From the NCBI GenBank assembly GCA_963712275.1, contig CAVQHD010000001.1, forward strand, positions 64,001-128,000: 64,000 nucleotides of DNA, written 5' to 3'. Source of the DNA: an uncultured Rhabdochlamydiaceae bacterium (GTDB lineage: Bacteria > Chlamydiota > Chlamydiia > Chlamydiales > Rhabdochlamydiaceae). Shown here piece after piece: positions 59,907 to 64,000 of this stretch (the first letter of the stretch is position 1; every line of letters begins with the position of its first letter). The notes beneath the pieces were generated by a model. That model was not told where the DNA came from. It worked only from the letters and a program-made list of their open reading frames with translations, and searched no databases. Both the position numbers and the translations under genes were made by a program.

Positions 59907-60221
59907 ATGCAAAATCAAAAATTGTATGTAGGCGGTCTACCCTACAAAACAACTGAAGAAGAACTTCATGAACTGTTCAGTAAATTTGGTACTGTTACAT
60001 CTGTTAAAGTTATTACTGACCGGGTGACTGGTGAATCTAAAGGGTTCGCATTTGTTGAAATGGCCTCTGCAGATGACGCTCAAAAAGCCATCGAAGGAGC
60101 CAATGGCTCTCAAGTTGGTGGACGAAATCTCGTTGTTAGCATTGCGCGTCCTCCACAAGCACGTGAAGATGGCGGTTTTGACCGTCCACGACGCAGTGGC
60201 GGTTTCCGCGAGCGACGTTAA
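59907..60221 (+). CDS. RRM (RNP-1) RNA-binding protein
   Basis: RNP2 LYVGGL, RNP1 KGFAFVEM, Arg/Gly tail. Confidence 0.95.
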   Translation: MQNQKLYVGGLPYKTTEEELHELFSKFGTVTSVKVITDRVTGESKGFAFVEMASADDAQKAIEGANGSQVGGRNLVVSIARPPQAREDGGFDRPRRSGGFRERR

Positions 60222-60257
60222 TCCTGTTTTTACAAGGATGTTAGTTTTGCTGCTGGT

Positions 60258-60986
60258 CTAACCAGCAGCAGAGCTTTTCAATAAAGTTTGGAGTCCTCCG
60301 AACCTTCGAATATATTCTTTACCCCATCCTGCAGCCCAATGGGCAATCACGATACCTGGATGAATACCTCGATACATGAGCCAGTTATAAAAAGGAGAGA
60401 GTTCTTTAAACTGAACTTGATTTTTAACCAGCATGCACGTGAGGATATCTTGATCTCCTAGCATATTCTTATTCTGTTTCCGGCAAAGAGAATTCCATCT
60501 GTGTAAAAAAGGGCTTTCTTGCCGAAATAAAAATACTCCCGAATTATAGGCTAGCCTTCTAGAAAAGCGAATATCTTGTTTGGCAATGGCCAGTTCAAGT
60601 GGCTCTTCCCACTCCGCAAAAAGAGCATCTAGGGGCCCGCATACTTCGCAATCAATATCCATCCATAATGTCAGATTAAAAGGAGAAAGAAGACAGGCTT
60701 GCGGTTTTTTAAACCATGCCTGGCGCGCTTTCCAAAGGGGACCTCGGTATCCCTTAGTCCATCGCTTTATATTCCCCTGAGAGATTTTTTCCTTAGGGCA
60801 AATAAAAGAGTCATCATATGAAAAAGAGAGAATTTGCATCCGATCCTGACACCATTGCAAAACTTCTTTAGATAGGCCAAAGTCGACAATTGCAACGGGT
60901 CTGTTGTCATAACGAGCGTAAGAATTCCACCACCAAGGAATTAAATCTTCAATATTCCGATCGGCAGCAATTAAGATTCCTTCCAT
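60258..60986 (-). CDS. glycosyltransferase-like protein (GT8-like)
   Basis: LWMDIDC, NSGVF, GDQDIL, HW motifs. Confidence 0.7.
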   Translation of the reverse strand: MEGILIAADRNIEDLIPWWWNSYARYDNRPVAIVDFGLSKEVLQWCQDRMQILSFSYDDSFICPKEKISQGNIKRWTKGYRGPLWKARQAWFKKPQACLLSPFNLTLWMDIDCEVCGPLDALFAEWEEPLELAIAKQDIRFSRRLAYNSGVFLFRQESPFLHRWNSLCRKQNKNMLGDQDILTCMLVKNQVQFKELSPFYNWLMYRGIHPGIVIAHWAAGWGKEYIRRFGGLQTLLKSSAAG

Positions 60987-61022
60987 ATCTGTAATATAAT
61001 TTTTTTTAAATATTATACAAAT

Positions 61023-61054
61023 AAAAAAACCCTAGCTAGAAATCTAGCTAGGGT
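61023..61054 (-). terminator. rho-independent terminator of the rRNA operon
   Basis: ACCCTAGCTAGA/TCTAGCTAGGGT stem followed by a T-run on the minus strand. Confidence 0.85.
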
Positions 61055-61063
61055 GGAAAAAAA

Positions 61064-61179
61064 ACCTGGCAGCAACCTACTCTACCATACTCTTGAGTAC
61101 AGTACCATCGGCGATGAAGGGCTTGACTTCTGAGTTCGGGATGGGATCAGGTATATCCCCTTCTCAATAACCACCAGGT
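61064..61179 (-). rRNA. rrf: 5S rRNA
   Basis: reverse complement of CCTGGTGG...GATCCCATCCCGAACTCAGAAGTC...GGTAGAGTAGGTTGCTGCCAGG. Confidence 0.95.
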
Positions 61180-61668
61180 AAAACATTCGGATAAGCTTCA
61201 CTTATGTAAAATAGCACTTGTAGGATGTCATCATAACATCATCATGGCGCTTCAGCTTTTTATTATCATGGACTCGACTCTTAAAATTAAGAGTAAAGCC
61301 GACAATAAAAAGGAAGATCAAGTCAATCGACCGATTAGTATTGGTTAGCTAAAACGTATTGCGACGCTTCCACATCCAACCTATCAACCCGGTCATCTTC
61401 CGGGGGTCTATTGGGATACTTTATCTTGAAGGAGGCTTGGCGTTTAGATGCTTTCAACGCTTATCCTTTCCGAACATAGCTACCTGGCTATGCACTTGGC
61501 AGTACAACCAGCACACCATTGGTTCGTCCACTTCGGTCCTCTCGTACTAGAAGCAGCTCTTCTCAAGTATCCTACGCCCACAACAGATAGGGACCAAACT
61601 GTCTCACGACGTTTTGAACCCAACTCGCGTACCGCTTTAATTGGCGAACAGCCAAACCCTTGGGACCT

Positions 61669-62118
61669 CTTTCTGTTTTCCTACATTACTGTAGGTGTCA
61701 GACTATGCCTTCACCATATTCTCAATTGTTACCAATTGGAAGTTAGGTGCGAGCCGTGTGATAGATAATTTTTTCAATCTTTCTATCTCACATTGCCACT
61801 GAGATGACAATGATCAGTCGTTACGGGAGGCAACCTTCTTGGACCATTATCGCATAGTTTTTGCGTCGATTCGCAGATCGGACGTTCAAACGCGATAACG
61901 CATCTGCTATTTGAGCTTGCTCTAACAAGTCTTTCGAACTTGTAATCACTTATGCTCTTATAACTTCAGAAGATTCCTTTCCCACGACATTAACCTCAGA
62001 ATGATAAAATGATAATACATTTTGCCATTTAAGGCCTTCACCGTTTTGAGCTCGTTTATTACTCCAAAGTTTCCTTTGGAGAGAGAAGGTATGAAACTAT
62101 ATAAATAGTTTCTGGTTT
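61669..62118 (-). ncRNA. group I intron (IA-like) at about E. coli L2533
   Basis: 450-nt insert between CUGGAGA and AGGUCCC; P/Q/R/S-like AACGGUGAA, AAUGUCGUGG, GUAACGACUG, AAGGCAUAGUCU; P7.1/P7.2 hairpins; terminal G. Confidence 0.85.
61821..61949 (-). pseudogene. C-terminal remnant of a LAGLIDADG homing endonuclease in intron P6
   Basis: VITSSKDLLEQAQIADALSRLNVRSANRRKNYA resembles the I-CreI-type C-terminal helix (VDQIAALNDSKTRKT). Confidence 0.5.
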
Positions 62119-62190
62119 TCTCCAGCCCCAGGATGCGATGAGTCGACATCGAGGTGCCAAACCGCCACGTCGATATGAACTCTTGGTGGC

Positions 62191-62227
<37 letters not shown>

Positions 62228-62254
62228 AAGCGACGGCGATTCCACTTTCAACCG

Positions 62255-62286
<32 letters not shown>

Positions 62287-62679
62287 TGACTTGTTGGTCT
62301 CGCAGTTAACCTCTCTTATACCTTTACGCTCAACTCGTGATTGCCAACCACGATGAGAGAAGCTTTGGACTCCTCCGTTACTTTTTGGGAGGATACCGCC
62401 CCAGTCAAACTACCCGTCTGACACTGTCCATCTCCCGGATTCACGGGATAGATGTTAGAATTCCGACTTCTCAAGACTGGTATTTCACCGTTGACTCCAG
62501 CAGCCCTAACGAGCCACTTTCACAGTCTCCCAGCTATCCTACACATAAGAAGTCAGAAGCCAATATCAGAGTATAGTAAAGGTTCACGGGGTCTTTCCGT
62601 CTTGTTGCGGGTAAACAGCATCTTCACTGCTACTACAATTTCACCGAGTCTCTCGTCGAGACAGTGCCCAGATCGTTAG

Positions 62680-63174
<495 letters not shown>

Positions 63175-63360
63175 ACAAACTCCAAACGTGTAGTCTCTGG
63201 GGATTCTAGTTATCCTAACTAGTCTTTCCTGCGGATTGTCCCCATGTCTTTTAGATTTTTACTGTCCTACTTATTAAGTTGGGCGAGTACTAAAAGTTTT
63301 AGAGGAGTTTCCCGCATATAGTTTGGTTTAACCAAGGCTAGCGTTTCTTTTAACCTTAGG

Positions 63361-63592
63361 CATTTATGTTAGCTACCTATCGCTAGGCAGATCGGACTAT
63401 ATCATACCCCTAAATAAGGGGTTCTGGCGTATAGTCTCTGAGGATTCTATCTATCATTTCCTAAGAAATGATACAAAGTCTTTCCTGCTGATTGACTGCA
63501 GTCATAGATTGTCACCTTTATTAGAGGTACTACGACATACTTCAGTTGTTCCAGCATATAGCCAGATTTTACAACGGCCATCTAAGGATTTA
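63361..63592 (-). ncRNA. group I intron L1923 (IB4-like), 232 nt, ORF-less
   Basis: between AUAACGGU and CCUAAGGU; P1 AACGGU/GCCGUU; AUGCUGGAA, AAUCAGCAGG, UCAGAGACUAU, AUGAUAUAGUCC; terminal G. Confidence 0.92.
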
Positions 63593-64000
63593 ACCGTTAT
63601 AGTTACGGCCGCCATTCACCAGGGCTTAAATTCAATGCTTTGCCTTGCGGCTGACATCTCCTTTTGACCTTTTGGCATTGGGCAGGCATCACACCATATA
63701 CTTCCTCTTAGACGAGTTTGCATAGTGCTGTGTTTTTGTTAAACAGTCGCCTGGGCCATTTCTCTTCGACCCGTTTTTGCTTCTCGACGCGAAGTCGATA
63801 ACAAAAACAGGCCCCTCTTCTCCCGAAGTTACGAGGGTAATTTGCAGAGTTCCTTAACGAGAGTTATCTCGCGCGCCTGAGAATATTCATCCTACCCACC
63901 TGTGACGGTTTTGGTACGGTCGCCTTCGAAAACTAGGGGCTATTTCTTGAAAGTATCGCGCTACGTCATCGGTTCCTCCGAAGATTCCCCTTGTCCAACA

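Noticed and set aside
61180..61315. tRNA in the 23S-5S spacer
   Set aside because: No cloverleaf or T-loop motif seen; no tRNA recognised anywhere in the window

Overview
Chromosomal segment of an environmental chlamydia (phylum Chlamydiota). The assignment is inferred from the murC-ddl fusion, the Chlamydia-like gene order (lysS/cysS/aas, fabF-rsfS-miaA-ftsQ-murC/ddl-murG-ftsW-nlpD-murD, nrdR-dksA-lspA, rpmE-prfA-prmC, tadA-rpsO-pnp, yajC-rlmD) and the rRNA sequence. Accessory cassettes interrupt the backbone: three Fic genes, toxin-antitoxin modules and remnants, AAA+/DUF4143 ATPases, MFS pumps and effector-like orphans. Six of these cassettes have their own repeated operator-like array beside the start codon. 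There are three long palindromic MITE-like elements, one inserted in frame inside a Fic gene. The window ends in a minus-strand rRNA operon (5S plus the 3' part of 23S) with three group I introns. L1923 and L1931 (the latter with a LAGLIDADG gene) are separated by an 8-nt micro-exon. The third is an IA-type intron near E. coli position 2533 whose predicted 5' splice site is A-U instead of the canonical U.G wobble. Other highlights: an AbiEi antitoxin fused to a trypsin-like protease, a NEL-like effector candidate and a structured leader upstream of an RRM gene. All calls come from reading motifs by eye; no searches were run.
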